A stretch of DNA of 64,000 bases. Origin: an uncultured Pseudomonadota bacterium. Lineage in GTDB: Bacteria > Pseudomonadota > Gammaproteobacteria > Steroidobacterales > Steroidobacteraceae. Positions 8,943 through 19,886 of the stretch are shown one piece after another (positions within the stretch are counted from its first letter, which is position 1; each line of letters starts with the position of its first letter). The translations under genes and the position numbers were made by a program. The notes beneath the pieces are model-generated. The model was not told the origin of the DNA and made no database searches. It saw nothing but the letters and a program-made list of their open reading frames with translations. Location of the stretch: positions 428 to 64,427 of the forward strand of contig CAILZL010000028.1 in NCBI GenBank assembly GCA_903838705.1, read 5' to 3'.

Positions 8943-9410
8943 TCAGTTGCACCAGGCATCCTGATATCCCAGCGTCAGACAATAATCGATCCACTTGTTG
9001 AGCATGATATTACGCAACCAGCGATCACCCATATTCACATACAGCTCGGATTTGATTGCCGCCAGTACCTCATGCTTATGCCAGCGAGAACAGGCCAGCA
9101 CCTCTGCCATGCCTGCATCATGATAAACACGTACCTGCAGGTCAGGATCCATGATGGAGCCATTACCGCTGTCAAATACATAGGTCAGGATAAAGGTAGA
9201 TGTGTATGGACTCAGTTCCTGAACACGCAACAGCAAGGGACTCTGACCCGCAACCGATGAGGTACAGGTGCCCTGCAACGCATCAAGACAGGGTATTAAT
9301 TGCCGCAGCCGGAGGTAATTGCTTTCGTACAATGTCATCAAACTGACAAAGTCTCCCGGCCGGGCGCGCCAGGAGACAGGTAGGAGCTGATCATGAACGG
9401 TTGAGCTCAT
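8943..9410 (-). CDS. DUF1249 (YqiB-like) family protein
   Basis: 155-aa ORF. The N-terminal segment LMTLYESNYLRLRQLIP matches the DUF1249 signature (YE.NY.RL..L.P). Confidence 0.6.
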   Translation of the reverse strand: MSSTVHDQLLPVSWRARPGDFVSLMTLYESNYLRLRQLIPCLDALQGTCTSSVAGQSPLLLRVQELSPYTSTFILTYVFDSGNGSIMDPDLQVRVYHDAGMAEVLACSRWHKHEVLAAIKSELYVNMGDRWLRNIMLNKWIDYCLTLGYQDAWCN

Positions 9411-9510
9411 TATGGCCCGACTATATCACAGCACTTTTTACTGTCCGGGTGAGCCACTTAACATGTATGGAAAACGCGAAGCAGCTCACGCCAGCGAGCT
9501 GCCCTGAGCA

Positions 9511-10071
9511 TCATGGCTCCACGCGCATGAAGTGCTGACGGTAATGGATCAGTTCATTGATGGAATCGTGCACATCGTCCAATGCCTGGTGACTGGCGCT
9601 TTTATGCAGCCCCAGCATCACACGTGGTGCCCAGCGCCGCGCCAGCTCCTTGACTGTGCTGACATCCAGATTGCGGTAATGAAAAAACCGCTCCAGTGCG
9701 GGCATCTGCCGTGCCAGAAAGCGGCGATCCTGGCAGATGCTGTTCCCACACATGGGCGACTGTCCCTTGTCCAGCCATTTTGACAGGAAGTCCAGCGTCT
9801 GTTTTTCGGCCATGGCCATCGTTGTCTGGCTGCTCAATACGCGCTGCACCAGACCGGAACTGCCATGCTGACGTTGATTCCAGTCATCCATTGCAGCCAG
9901 AATCGACTCAGGGTGACGAATCGCCAGCACCGGCCCTTCGGCCAGTATTTTCAGATCCTTATCCGTGACGACCGTGGCGATCTCAAGAATGTGATCGGTC
10001 AGGGTATCCAACCCGGTCATTTCCAGGTCAATCCAGATCAAACGACTATTATCAATCTCACTCACAAACAA
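9511..10071 (-). CDS. orn: Oligoribonuclease
   Basis: 186 aa. It has the DEDDh exonuclease motifs [20 protein letters not shown] and [11 protein letters not shown]. Size and sequence are typical of Orn. Confidence 0.9.
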   Translation of the reverse strand: MFVSEIDNSRLIWIDLEMTGLDTLTDHILEIATVVTDKDLKILAEGPVLAIRHPESILAAMDDWNQRQHGSSGLVQRVLSSQTTMAMAEKQTLDFLSKWLDKGQSPMCGNSICQDRRFLARQMPALERFFHYRNLDVSTVKELARRWAPRVMLGLHKSASHQALDDVHDSINELIHYRQHFMRVEP

Positions 10072-10175
10072 CTCCTCGATGGTTTACGGCAGAATACCAT
10101 CTACCGGGAAGCAGTTCATTGAGTCCTGCACCTGATGCGACTGGTTTCACCCTTAACACAACGCTTGATTTTTCC

Positions 10176-11441
10176 ATGACTACACTGACACTGGTTTTTC
10201 TGCTGGCCGTTCTGATGAGCACCGCATTGCGTATGTGGCTGACACAGCGCCAGATGCGCTCGGTCACCCGGCATCGAGCAACCGTACCGGGGGCATTCGC
10301 CGGGACTATTTCGCTTGAGGAACATCAGAAAGCCGCAGATTACACACTTGCGCGTGGCAGCCTGAACCAGTTTGATACCTTGCTGGGCTCAGCCGTATTG
10401 CTGGCGATCACACTGGGCGGCGGACTGAACTGGCTGGAGTCGAGATGGCAGCTGGTCGGCCTGACCGCACCGTGGCATGGCGTTGCGGTAATCGCATCCC
10501 TGTTACTGCTGACCAGTCTGATTGATTTACCGCTGTCGTGGTACCGGAGCTTCCGGATCGAGGCACGCTTCGGCTTCAACCGGATGACTCAAGGCATGTT
10601 TTTTCTCGATCTGCTGAAGGGCCTGCTACTGGGCGCGATACTGGGTCTGCCGCTGCTATGGGTTGTGCTCAAACTGATGAACTCTTCGGGCACGCTCTGG
10701 TGGCTTTATGCGTGGGCTGTGTGGCTGAGCTTCAGCTTGCTGATCAGCTGGGCTTGGCCGATCTTCATCGCGCCGCTATTCAATAAATTCACCCCGCTCA
10801 AGGACGCCGCCCTGGCCGAACGCATCAGCCAGTTACTGAGCCGCTGTAAATTTTCATCAGCAGGGGTATTCGTGATGGATGGTTCATCACGATCCACGCA
10901 TGGCAATGCCTATTTCACCGGGCTGGGACGAAACAAGCGCATTGTATTTTTCGACACACTGGTAGACAGACTGAGTCCCACTGAAATTGAAGCAGTGCTC
11001 GCCCATGAACTTGGTCACTACAGCCTGCATCACATTCGCAAAGGACTGATGCTGTCATCCGTCCTGAGTCTGCTGGCATTCGCATTACTGGGCCGCCTCG
11101 CAAACTGGCATGAGTTTTACACCGCATTAGGTGTTAACCAGCCATCTACTCATGCCGCCCTGCTGCTGTTCATGCTGGCCTCCGGGCCATTCATTTTCTT
11201 TTTTACGCCGATTGGTGCCGCATGGTCACGCAAGCACGAATTTGAAGCGGACACCTTTGCAGCACAGCACGCTGATGCGCAGCAATTGATCCGTGCGCTG
11301 GTCAAACTGTATCGAGACAACGCCAGTACGCTCACGCCTGATGCGGTGCATTCCCGATTTTATGACTCACACCCGCCTGCCCTTGAGCGGATTGCCTTTC
11401 TTGAAAAACTGCATGCAGGCCAGACAGCACACTCGATATGA
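10176..11441 (+). CDS. M48 family (Ste24/HtpX-like) integral-membrane zinc metallopeptidase
   Basis: It has multiple TM segments, HELGH in AHELGHYSLHH, and a downstream EFEAD third ligand. The ORF opens at 10119 (TTG), and the ATG at 10176 (MTTLTLVFLL) is the more plausible start. Confidence 0.8.
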   Translation: MTTLTLVFLLAVLMSTALRMWLTQRQMRSVTRHRATVPGAFAGTISLEEHQKAADYTLARGSLNQFDTLLGSAVLLAITLGGGLNWLESRWQLVGLTAPWHGVAVIASLLLLTSLIDLPLSWYRSFRIEARFGFNRMTQGMFFLDLLKGLLLGAILGLPLLWVVLKLMNSSGTLWWLYAWAVWLSFSLLISWAWPIFIAPLFNKFTPLKDAALAERISQLLSRCKFSSAGVFVMDGSSRSTHGNAYFTGLGRNKRIVFFDTLVDRLSPTEIEAVLAHELGHYSLHHIRKGLMLSSVLSLLAFALLGRLANWHEFYTALGVNQPSTHAALLLFMLASGPFIFFFTPIGAAWSRKHEFEADTFAAQHADAQQLIRALVKLYRDNASTLTPDAVHSRFYDSHPPALERIAFLEKLHAGQTAHSI

Positions 11442-12346
11442 ATCCAGATGAAGCACGGGTGGTCGAGTCGTATGGCAGACGTGTAGTGCTGTCACTGCCA
11501 GACGGGCAACGTCAACCCGCCGAAGTCTTCGGCAAGCGCCTGCGAGTAGTATGCGGTGATGAAGTCCGCGTATCACAGCATGCAGAAAACAGTGCGCTTC
11601 AGGTGCTGGACGTTCTGCCACGCAAGACTCATTTCACCCGCACCAACAGCCAGGGTCAGGCAGAAGTGCTGGCGGCCAACATTACGCAACTGGTGGTATT
11701 GATGAGTGACCACCCGGTCAGCGATCCGTTCATTGTGGATCGCTATCTGGCTGGCGCTGAGCTAGGTGGAATCAAAGCTCTGCTGGTCGCTACCAAACAG
11801 GATCTGGGCCAGAGTGAGGAATTTCAGGCGCACATACTGGCTTATCAGCAGGCAGGTTATGGAGTGTGTAATGTGTCAGCCAGAGATCAGGCCACTCTGC
11901 ACACGTTGCGGCAAGCACTCAGCAATGAAGTTTCGATGCTGGTGGGTGAATCCGGAGTGGGTAAATCCACACTCACAAATGCCCTGCTCGGCACCAACAC
12001 CCAACGCATCCGCGAAATTTCTGAATCAACGGGTGAAGGCCGGCACACGACCGTGTCTTCAATCCTGTTTGATTTGCCTGAAGGCAATGCGGCACTGATC
12101 GATTCGCCCGGTGTCCGTGATTACGCACCCGCGCCAGTGAACGACCTGCAGGTGTCATTCGGGTGGCGCGAGTTTGCACGCTATACAGGGCAATGCAAAT
12201 TCAATAACTGTCTGCATCTGCGTGAACCCGGATGTGCAATCCTCGCCGCCGTTAAAACCGGCGAGATCAGCCAGCGACGCCATGAAAGCTATAAACGCCT
12301 GGTCAACCTGATGCGCCAGCTATTGCCCTCCTACGAAAGGCACTGA
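11438..12346 (+). CDS. rsgA: Ribosome small-subunit-dependent GTPase A
   Basis: It has a circularly permuted GTPase (TKQDL then GESGVGKSTL) and a C-terminal zinc knuckle CKFNNCLHLREPGC. Its start overlaps the upstream stop as ATGA. Confidence 0.9.
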   Translation: MNPDEARVVESYGRRVVLSLPDGQRQPAEVFGKRLRVVCGDEVRVSQHAENSALQVLDVLPRKTHFTRTNSQGQAEVLAANITQLVVLMSDHPVSDPFIVDRYLAGAELGGIKALLVATKQDLGQSEEFQAHILAYQQAGYGVCNVSARDQATLHTLRQALSNEVSMLVGESGVGKSTLTNALLGTNTQRIREISESTGEGRHTTVSSILFDLPEGNAALIDSPGVRDYAPAPVNDLQVSFGWREFARYTGQCKFNNCLHLREPGCAILAAVKTGEISQRRHESYKRLVNLMRQLLPSYERH

Positions 12347-12354
12347 CAGAAATC

Positions 12355-13647
12355 CTATCTGTTGTTACCTGCCATCCTTTTACGCGGTACTGCGCGGGAA
12401 TCATTACGACGCGCACTACCCTGCGAGCTGTGATTGCGTCCATGATTTCGATTGTTTGTGTGATGCCTTGGTGGACGATCATCATTGTCCGTTTCGCTCG
12501 CACCGGCTGGACGAGGTGGCGGTGGTGAAATGGCGGGTAATGCCTCGCGTCGAATGACCTTGCCAGTCAATCGCTCGATGTCCCTCAGTAATCCCTGCTC
12601 ATCGGCTGCAACCAGCGAGATTGCCGTACCGCTCGCACCGGCTCTACCAGTACGGCCAATGCGATGCACGTAATCTTCAGGCACATTGGGTAATTCATAG
12701 TTGACTACATACGGCAATTCCTTGATATCAAGGCCGCGTGCAGCTACTTCTGTGGCCACCAGCGCCCGCACCTTGCCGGTCTTGAAACCAGTCAAAGCCG
12801 TGACGCGAGCTGACTGACTCTTGTTGCCGTGAATGGCTGCGGCAGTAATTGAATCATCCTGAAGCTGTTTTGTCAGGCGATTGGCACCATGCTTGGTACG
12901 GGTAAAAACCAGCACCTGATGCCAGTCATTGGCTCTGATGAGGTGAGACAACAAGGCACGCTTGTCCTCCTTGGCCACCATATGAGCCAGCTGTGTCACG
13001 GCCTCGACCGTAACATTGCGGCGCGCCACCTCCACTTCTACCGGATTCTTCAGCACACCCTGCGTGAGCTTGCGAATATCATCTGAATAGGTAGCGGAAA
13101 ACATCAGATTCTGACGCTTCACAGGCAACAGACGAATGATCCGGCGAATATCATTGATGAAGCCCATGTCGAGCATGCGGTCTGCTTCATCCAGCACCAG
13201 AATTTCAATCTGACTGAGATCTACTGTGCGTTGCTGAGCGTGATCCAGAAGCCGTCCGGGTGTTGCAATCAATACATCCGAGCCGCGGCTCAGCGCTTCA
13301 ATTTGCGGATTGATGCTCACCCCGCCATAAACCACGTTGCTGCGCAGAGGCAGATATTTTCCGTAACTGCGGACACTTTCAGCAACCTGCAACGCAAGTT
13401 CGCGGGTAGGCGTCAGCACCAGTGCACGCGGAGGCACACCGTTACGCTGCGACATGCTGAGTCTGTGCAACAAAGGCAGCGTGAATCCGGCAGTCTTGCC
13501 GGTTCCGGTCTGAGCCCCCGCCAGAATGTCCCGGCCTGCAATGATTTCGGGGATAGCACGTGCCTGTACAGGAGTAGGTTCGGTGTAACCACGTTCAGTC
13601 ACGGCACGAACAATTTCGGGCATGAGCCCGAGAGTATCAAATGACAT
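12355..13647 (-). CDS. rhlE: ATP-dependent DEAD-box RNA helicase (RhlE-like) with a basic C-terminal tail
   Basis: It has a Q-motif (GYTEPTPVQ), [18 protein letters not shown] (VLDEADRM), SAT and [10 protein letters not shown], plus an Arg/Asn-rich C-terminus. Confidence 0.88.
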   Translation of the reverse strand: MSFDTLGLMPEIVRAVTERGYTEPTPVQARAIPEIIAGRDILAGAQTGTGKTAGFTLPLLHRLSMSQRNGVPPRALVLTPTRELALQVAESVRSYGKYLPLRSNVVYGGVSINPQIEALSRGSDVLIATPGRLLDHAQQRTVDLSQIEILVLDEADRMLDMGFINDIRRIIRLLPVKRQNLMFSATYSDDIRKLTQGVLKNPVEVEVARRNVTVEAVTQLAHMVAKEDKRALLSHLIRANDWHQVLVFTRTKHGANRLTKQLQDDSITAAAIHGNKSQSARVTALTGFKTGKVRALVATEVAARGLDIKELPYVVNYELPNVPEDYVHRIGRTGRAGASGTAISLVAADEQGLLRDIERLTGKVIRREALPAISPPPPRPAGASETDNDDRPPRHHTNNRNHGRNHSSQGSARRNDSRAVPRKRMAGNNR

Positions 13648-13841
13648 CAGAAGAAAATCCTCAACCAGCCTGCAGGAAAATCATTTCCTAGTCCGGTGAG
13701 GCATGGGCAATCAAGATCGCGAGTCAGAACAGAAACATCTGCCCATTAATGCGAGAGGTAAAAGCGCCGGACAGCGCTATAAAGTACGCACACTGTACAC
13801 ATACTGAGACAGGATTGCACGACATACCTCAAAACCTGCTC

Positions 13842-14288
13842 TCAATCCGCTGCACGCACCAGTAAAACCGGTACTTTAGCCAGTCGAACAACCTGTTCGG
13901 CATCACTGCCCATCACCATACGACTCAAGCCACGGCGACCATGTGTACCCAGAACAATGAGATCCGCCTGGGATTTTTCTGCATCATGAGCAATCGTGCT
14001 GCCGGCCTGTCCACCATGCGCTTCCAGCAACTCGGTTTCAACAGCGATGCCTGAATCAGTAACCAGCTTTTTAGCCTTCTCCAGCAGCTTTTCACCACTC
14101 TCCCGCAGAGCAGTTATCAGCTCTCCAGTAAAGATTGTGCTTTCATAGGAAGCCATCACCATCAGTTCGTTGACCACGTGAATCAGCCGGATTTTCGCTC
14201 GCTGCTCACCGGCCAGCTTCATGGCTTCAGCAAGCCCCCTTGATGAAGTTGCACTGCCATCAATTGGAACAAGGATTTTCTTGTACAT
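13842..14288 (-). CDS. Universal stress protein (UspA family)
   Basis: 148 aa. It has MYKKILVPIDGS, GTHGRRGL and GSDAEQVVRLAKVPVLLV, which are typical of the Usp fold. Confidence 0.88.
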   Translation of the reverse strand: MYKKILVPIDGSATSSRGLAEAMKLAGEQRAKIRLIHVVNELMVMASYESTIFTGELITALRESGEKLLEKAKKLVTDSGIAVETELLEAHGGQAGSTIAHDAEKSQADLIVLGTHGRRGLSRMVMGSDAEQVVRLAKVPVLLVRAAD

Positions 14289-14471
14289 GCTGCGTCTCCA
14301 GAATCGAACCGGTCAACGTGACCGAACTTGATCAGGCCACAGTTGAAAACATGCACGTCAGTCTGTCAACCAGGTAATTCCGAAGGACTGGCGGGGTGGA
14401 TACATATGGGTGAACCAGTCTTGCCCGAATCAGGCGTAAAACTGGCGAGAACCAGATTCAGCAACAATCAC

Positions 14472-15404
14472 TCAGCCAGCAGCCTGCATAAGCTGATTGA
14501 CACCACAGCTACTGAGTTCGTGCGTCGCATGGGCAATAAACTGCTCCACTGACTCCTGTTTGTCTGGTATCCGGGAGATGATGCCGGCACTGATGGTGAC
14601 ATAGCGTGAACCCGCTGCACGAGGGTGATGAATCGCCAGATCACGTACCCGCCCCTGAACAACCTGACCGAATCGGATGGCATCGTCAGGCCGGGTGGTC
14701 AACGTTGCCGCAATGACCCTGGCTTCTTCCCAGCGCGCACACAGGTCACTGGAACGGCGGAAACATCCAGCGATCGCACTTGCCACCCGCTTGAATGTTA
14801 CTTCGGCACCGGCAAGACCGAACACGTCCCGGTACGATGCAGCATTGTCAATGCTGAAGAGGAAAATGCTCATCGGCCGCTGCTCACGCTGCGCCAGAGC
14901 AAAATCACGGCGCAGCAGATCTTCAAAATACGAACGACGCAACAGGCCAGTCTGCCGGTCCTCACGGACATGAGCCAGCATGCGCTGTGTATTCATGGAT
15001 GAATCTGCCCCAATTTCTCCAATCGTTGCAGAGATAGCTCTGCTGCCCAGACGATGGAAGCTGGCAAAATGGGATACCTGCCCGTGTGTATCACGGATCG
15101 GGACAAGCTGCATTTCATTGACGAATTGCGCCCCATCCTTGCGATAGTTCCGCAGCACAACTCGACAGGCCACGCCCTGCTTCAGCGCAGCACGTAGTTG
15201 CTGTAAACCTTCCTGCTGGTTCTCACCTCGTTGCAACATGCTCAGACTGCGCCCAAGCATTTCCTGCTGTTGGTAACCGCTTAACTGTTCGAATGCATGA
15301 TTGACATAGGTCACTGGCCATCCCGGTACACGGGCATCACAGACCACCACCCCGTCGGGGGAGGCGTCTATCAAGCTTTGTAACACCAGCCAGTCCAATG
15401 ACAC
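14472..15404 (-). CDS. PAS domain protein with a degenerate GGDEF domain (active-site motif lost, RxxD I-site retained)
   Basis: The N-terminal PAS is GVVVCDA...VTYVNHAFEQLSGY. The C-terminal GGDEF-like fold reads RSSD-LCARW-EEARV where canonical enzymes read RxxD-xxxRY-GGEEF. GLAGAE replaces GHxxGD. Confidence 0.75.
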   Translation of the reverse strand: MSLDWLVLQSLIDASPDGVVVCDARVPGWPVTYVNHAFEQLSGYQQQEMLGRSLSMLQRGENQQEGLQQLRAALKQGVACRVVLRNYRKDGAQFVNEMQLVPIRDTHGQVSHFASFHRLGSRAISATIGEIGADSSMNTQRMLAHVREDRQTGLLRRSYFEDLLRRDFALAQREQRPMSIFLFSIDNAASYRDVFGLAGAEVTFKRVASAIAGCFRRSSDLCARWEEARVIAATLTTRPDDAIRFGQVVQGRVRDLAIHHPRAAGSRYVTISAGIISRIPDKQESVEQFIAHATHELSSCGVNQLMQAAG

Positions 15405-15488
15405 GCGAATATCTCATACCTGCAGGGGATTGCGGCGAGAGTAGCGCTCCAACCAGCGCTTTGCACGACTGGCCCGGTAACAATGACT

Positions 15489-16526
15489 TCAAACTGAGAA
15501 CTGGTTGCTATTCAGGCAACCGGATACAGCCGCCTGACAACTCTGCCAGAGGCTGGAAGACTGCAACTGCTGCTGATCAAGTCCCGGCTGACCGCGCAAT
15601 CTGGCCAGACGCATCATGCTGACCGGATCCGGTTGAATATCCAGTTCATGCAAGGTTTTCAACACTGCATCACGGTTGTTACAGATCAGCACCATATCGC
15701 ATCCCGCCTCAAGCGACTTTCGTGCGCGCTGTGGCATGGCACCCATGATACTTGCCCCCTCCATGCTTAAATCATCTGAAAACACTGCGCCGGTGAAGCT
15801 CAGCTTGCTACGCAGTTCATCTACCAGCCATTTGCGGGAAAAACTTGCCGGCACATTATCAATCTGCTCGAACACCACATGTGCTGCCATCACTGCAGGC
15901 AACTGATTGTCGATAAGACGGACATAAGGGTGGATGTCCTGATTCAGGTCCACATAGCGGCGGCGATCTACCGGCAATGCAACGTGTGAATCAGCGACCA
16001 CAGCACCATGTCCCGGAAAGTGTTTGGCCACTGCGCACATGCCCGCATCACGCATGCCATGCATCATGGCCACTGCGAGCTCGCCGACCACTCGTGCATC
16101 ACGATGAAATGCACGGTCACCTATGACACTACTCGCGCCATAATCCAGATCCACTACAGGCCCGAAGCTCAGATCAATTCCATTGGCACATAACTCAGCT
16201 GCCAGCAACCAACCTGTCTGTTGTGCCAGCTGCAAGCCTGCCTGATGATCCCGGTCATAAACTTGACCGATGACCCGCATGGGTGGCAGCAGAGTGAAAT
16301 CCTTGCGAAACCTCTGCACCCGGCCACCCTCATAATCTACTGCGACCAGCAAAGGTGGATTACGGACTGCACGCACGTCGCTGACCAGCTGCCGTATCTG
16401 TTCACGACTCTCAAAGTTACGCGTAAAAAGGATGACTCCACCCACGAGCGGATGCCTGAGCAATTCGCGTTCGTCAGCCTGCAACTCCTTGCCAAGCAGA
16501 TCGATCATGATGGGGCCGAGCGTCAT
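15489..16526 (-). CDS. nagZ: Beta-N-acetylhexosaminidase (peptidoglycan recycling)
   Basis: 345 aa, GH3 family. It has motifs GGVILF, VDYEGGRVQR and KHFPGHG, and the DD pair in VFSDDLSMEGA. Confidence 0.9.
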   Translation of the reverse strand: MTLGPIMIDLLGKELQADERELLRHPLVGGVILFTRNFESREQIRQLVSDVRAVRNPPLLVAVDYEGGRVQRFRKDFTLLPPMRVIGQVYDRDHQAGLQLAQQTGWLLAAELCANGIDLSFGPVVDLDYGASSVIGDRAFHRDARVVGELAVAMMHGMRDAGMCAVAKHFPGHGAVVADSHVALPVDRRRYVDLNQDIHPYVRLIDNQLPAVMAAHVVFEQIDNVPASFSRKWLVDELRSKLSFTGAVFSDDLSMEGASIMGAMPQRARKSLEAGCDMVLICNNRDAVLKTLHELDIQPDPVSMMRLARLRGQPGLDQQQLQSSSLWQSCQAAVSGCLNSNQFSV

Positions 16527-16537
16527 ACAGGCACTCC

Positions 16538-17866
16538 TTATTTTTCGAAAACAGCTACCGATTCCACGTGTGCGGTATGTGGAAACATGTCGAACACGCC
16601 CGCTGAACTGAGTGAATAACCCAGCTCATGAACCAGAATGCCTGCATCACGCGCCAGACTGCCGGGATGACAGGAAATGTACACCACTCGTTCAGCACCG
16701 CACCTTGCAATCACCGGAAGAATCTCACGTGCTCCCGCACGGGGTGGATCAAGCAGTACCTTGTTGAACTTCCGCTTTGCGAATGCTGTGTCTTTGTGAT
16801 CTTCGAAGAGATTGGCCACCATGAACTCGACATTGGACAGTGCATTACGTCGCGCATTATGCCGGGCACGCTCAACCAGCGTAGCTTCACCTTCTATACC
16901 CAGAACCTGTTTTGCACGTTGCGCCATCGGCAGGGAAAAGTTGCCGAGCCCACAAAATAGATCCAGCACTTCATCCTGCGCCTGAACATCAAGCAATTGC
17001 ATTGCCAGGGTCACCATCTGCTGATTCAGTTCAGCATTTACCTGGATGAAATCGTTGGGCAGAAACTCGAATTCAAGCTTGAACTCGGGCAGCGCATATA
17101 CCAGCGGCTGTGCCGTTTCTGCATGCAGTGGCTTGATACTGTCATAGCCCTGACGTTGCAGATAAATCTGCACCCCATGCTGGATTCTGAATTCATGGAG
17201 AGCCTGTAAGTCCGCCTCTGTCAGATCATCCAGTATGCGAATCACCAGTGCCGTGATGTTATCTGCCACGGCCGCCTCAACCTGCGGCAACTTGTCACGA
17301 ACACTCAATCTGCTGAGCAGCATACTCAATGGATCAATCAGGGAACTCAACGGCTCGCGCAAGACCTCACAACGACGGATATCAGCGAGCTTGTTATCAC
17401 TGCGCTCCCGGAAACCAACCAATGTACGACCTTTTTGTGATACCCAGCGCGCACCCAGGCGGGCACGGCGCCGGTAATGCCAGACATCCGCCTGCAAAGG
17501 CGGCAATACCATCGGCACTTCCACCTTGGCAATGCGTGCAAAATTTTCCAGAAGTTGAGCCTGCTTGTATTCAATCTGCTTTGCTGAACTCAGATGCTGT
17601 TCAGCACACCCGCCGCACATTGAATAATGCGGGCATCTGGGTTCAACACGATCAGGTGAAGACTGGATCACCTTCACCAGCCGTGCTTCCTGCACACCCT
17701 TGCGGCGTTGCAGCAGCTGAACCTCTACAGTTTCACCAGGTAGCGCCCCATCAATGAACACCGCCCGTCCATCCAGACGTGCAATTCCCTGAGCCTCATG
17801 AGACAGATCTTCAACTTCCAGTACCTGAGGCGGAAGCAGTTTCATCGCATGCTTGTGCCGGCTCAT
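16538..17866 (-). CDS. rlmD: 23S rRNA (uracil1939-C5)-methyltransferase
   Basis: It has an N-terminal TRAM domain, the Fe-S cluster cysteines CPHYSMCGGCAEQH, a SAM motif DLFCGLGNF, and catalytic Cys in YISCHP. Confidence 0.88.
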   Translation of the reverse strand: MSRHKHAMKLLPPQVLEVEDLSHEAQGIARLDGRAVFIDGALPGETVEVQLLQRRKGVQEARLVKVIQSSPDRVEPRCPHYSMCGGCAEQHLSSAKQIEYKQAQLLENFARIAKVEVPMVLPPLQADVWHYRRRARLGARWVSQKGRTLVGFRERSDNKLADIRRCEVLREPLSSLIDPLSMLLSRLSVRDKLPQVEAAVADNITALVIRILDDLTEADLQALHEFRIQHGVQIYLQRQGYDSIKPLHAETAQPLVYALPEFKLEFEFLPNDFIQVNAELNQQMVTLAMQLLDVQAQDEVLDLFCGLGNFSLPMAQRAKQVLGIEGEATLVERARHNARRNALSNVEFMVANLFEDHKDTAFAKRKFNKVLLDPPRAGAREILPVIARCGAERVVYISCHPGSLARDAGILVHELGYSLSSAGVFDMFPHTAHVESVAVFEK

Positions 17867-18642
17867 GCTGCTTCCTCAGGCCAGGCTGCCAGAAATTCCT
17901 GGAAATGAACCTGTGTCTGTTCACGCAGGTAATCACGAATACGCTGATTTTCCTGCATGTATTGTTCGCGCGTGAGCTGACCGCGCATTAATTGAAAGCG
18001 GAGATAAACCAGAAAGGTATTCAGCACATCGGTTTCGCAATAATTGCGAATTTCTGCAATACCCCCTTCCAGCCAGCAGTCCCAGACCTTGTCACCGCTC
18101 ATGCCCAGCTTGCCGGGCAGGTTCAGCAGCATTGCTACATTCTGCAGGCTGGCGCGCCCGCGCCCCTGATAGCCGGACAATACATCCATGACATCAATAT
18201 GCCGCCAGTGAAAGCGGTTCAGATAGTTATTCCACCGGAATGATGAATCTTCATCGCCCACTTCCCAGTAACGTGGCGCTGAAATGCCATGCCGTAATGC
18301 ACGGTAATGCAGCACTGGCAGATCAAAACCACTGCCATTCCATGACACCAGATCCGGTGAATACTTTTCGATACCATCAAAAAACCGCTGAATGATCTCG
18401 GCTTCCGGCGCATCAGGTTCGCCCAGCGACCAGACTTTGAAACTGTCTCGCGAACGAAGTGCCACTGATATTGCGACCACTCTCTGCTGCTCCAGGCTGA
18501 GAAACTCACTGCCGGTTTCTTCACGTCGTCTGGTCTGCATCACATACCCGACCTGCTTGTCGGTCAGATCATCCAGACCATAAATACGCCGTCCCAGCTC
18601 AACGTCAGGAATAGTTTCAATATCGAAGGAAAATACATGCAT
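17863..18642 (-). CDS. Predicted 3'-5' exonuclease related to the PolB exonuclease domain (RNase H-like, DEDDy)
   Basis: It has FDIETIPD, WNGSGFDLPVL and NYCETDV motifs. The stop overlaps the rlmD start (ATGA coupling). Confidence 0.7.
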   Translation of the reverse strand: MHVFSFDIETIPDVELGRRIYGLDDLTDKQVGYVMQTRRREETGSEFLSLEQQRVVAISVALRSRDSFKVWSLGEPDAPEAEIIQRFFDGIEKYSPDLVSWNGSGFDLPVLHYRALRHGISAPRYWEVGDEDSSFRWNNYLNRFHWRHIDVMDVLSGYQGRGRASLQNVAMLLNLPGKLGMSGDKVWDCWLEGGIAEIRNYCETDVLNTFLVYLRFQLMRGQLTREQYMQENQRIRDYLREQTQVHFQEFLAAWPEEAA

Positions 18643-18727
18643 GAGAATGACCAGCGACCGACAATATGGTCGGACATTCTACCGCTGCCGGATACGTTCA
18701 GCAGCTTAATCAACAACAGAAATACAG

Positions 18728-19108
18728 TTACAAACGCATCAACACCGCAACCGCAACAATCAAGCCATGATCGTCGCTGAGCGTCAGGTGCCCTGCACCT
18801 GCCCCGAGCCTTGTGCAAGTGACCCGACCCGCGTCTGACCATATGATGTGCGGCCGGCCTGCTTTATCAGGCACATAGCCTGTATCCCGTATCCACATAC
18901 CCTCAACAAAGCCGGTACCCAGCGCCTTGACGATGGCTTCCTTTGCCGCCCAGTGCATGGCAAGAAATCTCGCTGGCCGGCTGCTGGTGCGAAACAGCGC
19001 CTCTTCTGCAGGTAATAACAGATGCTTAACCAGTCGCTGACCATGACGCTCATACATCTGTTCAAAGCGATCCAGTCTGACAATATCGGTACCGATCCCA
19101 TGAATCAC
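18728..19108 (-). CDS. acpS: Holo-[acyl-carrier-protein] synthase
   Basis: 126 aa. It has [12 protein letters not shown] and [12 protein letters not shown] motifs, and its start overlaps the pdxJ stop. Confidence 0.9.
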   Translation of the reverse strand: MIHGIGTDIVRLDRFEQMYERHGQRLVKHLLLPAEEALFRTSSRPARFLAMHWAAKEAIVKALGTGFVEGMWIRDTGYVPDKAGRPHIIWSDAGRVTCTRLGAGAGHLTLSDDHGLIVAVAVLMRL

Positions 19109-19881
19109 AGTGTACTTCGCGCCTCCATCATGAGTCGCTTCATTTCCCGCACTGCACTGGGCAGGCCATCAAACACAGCTCTGGCAATGATGGCATGTCC
19201 GATATTGAGCTCCACAATTTCCGGTATGGCTGCGATGGCCTGAACATTGTGATAGTGCAAACCATGACCGGCGTTAACCACCAGTCCCAGACCGTCGGCA
19301 TAGCTTGCAGCGTGCTGAATACGGGTAAGCTCACGCGCCTGCGCTGCACCCTGCTGCTCAGCATAGGAACCCGTGTGCAATTCGACTACGGGTGCGCCGA
19401 TGGCAGCTGCCGCATCTAGCTGCATGGGTTCTGGATCAATGAAAAGTGAAACCCGGATGCCTGCTGCTGATAATCGCCGTGTTGCATTACTTACCAGATC
19501 AAACTGACCTGCCACATCCAGCCCGCCCTCAGTAGTCAGTTCTGCGCGCTTCTCCGGTACCAGACAGACGTCCTGAGGTCTGACCATTTCAGCCAGCGTC
19601 AGCATCTCATCAGTACACGCCATTTCGAGATTCATGCGGGTCTGCAATGCGCCGCGCATGATATGAACATCCCGATCCTGAATATGGCGACGATCTTCGC
19701 GCAGATGCAGTGTGATGCTGTCAGCGCCACTCTGCTCTGCAAGCAAGGCCGCAGTCAGTGGATCAGGGTAAGTTGTTCCGCGCACCTGACGCAAAGTTGC
19801 CACATGGTCAATGTTCAACCCCAGATGAATAATGTGCTTGTTAATCGCCATGAGCTCTTGCTGCCGCTTTGATTCAATCAA
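19105..19881 (-). CDS. pdxJ: Pyridoxine 5'-phosphate synthase
   Basis: It has [34 protein letters not shown] and NAGHGL. The true start may be the internal Met at 19851. Confidence 0.9.
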   Translation of the reverse strand: MIESKRQQELMAINKHIIHLGLNIDHVATLRQVRGTTYPDPLTAALLAEQSGADSITLHLREDRRHIQDRDVHIMRGALQTRMNLEMACTDEMLTLAEMVRPQDVCLVPEKRAELTTEGGLDVAGQFDLVSNATRRLSAAGIRVSLFIDPEPMQLDAAAAIGAPVVELHTGSYAEQQGAAQARELTRIQHAASYADGLGLVVNAGHGLHYHNVQAIAAIPEIVELNIGHAIIARAVFDGLPSAVREMKRLMMEARSTL

Positions 19882-19886
19882 ATAGA

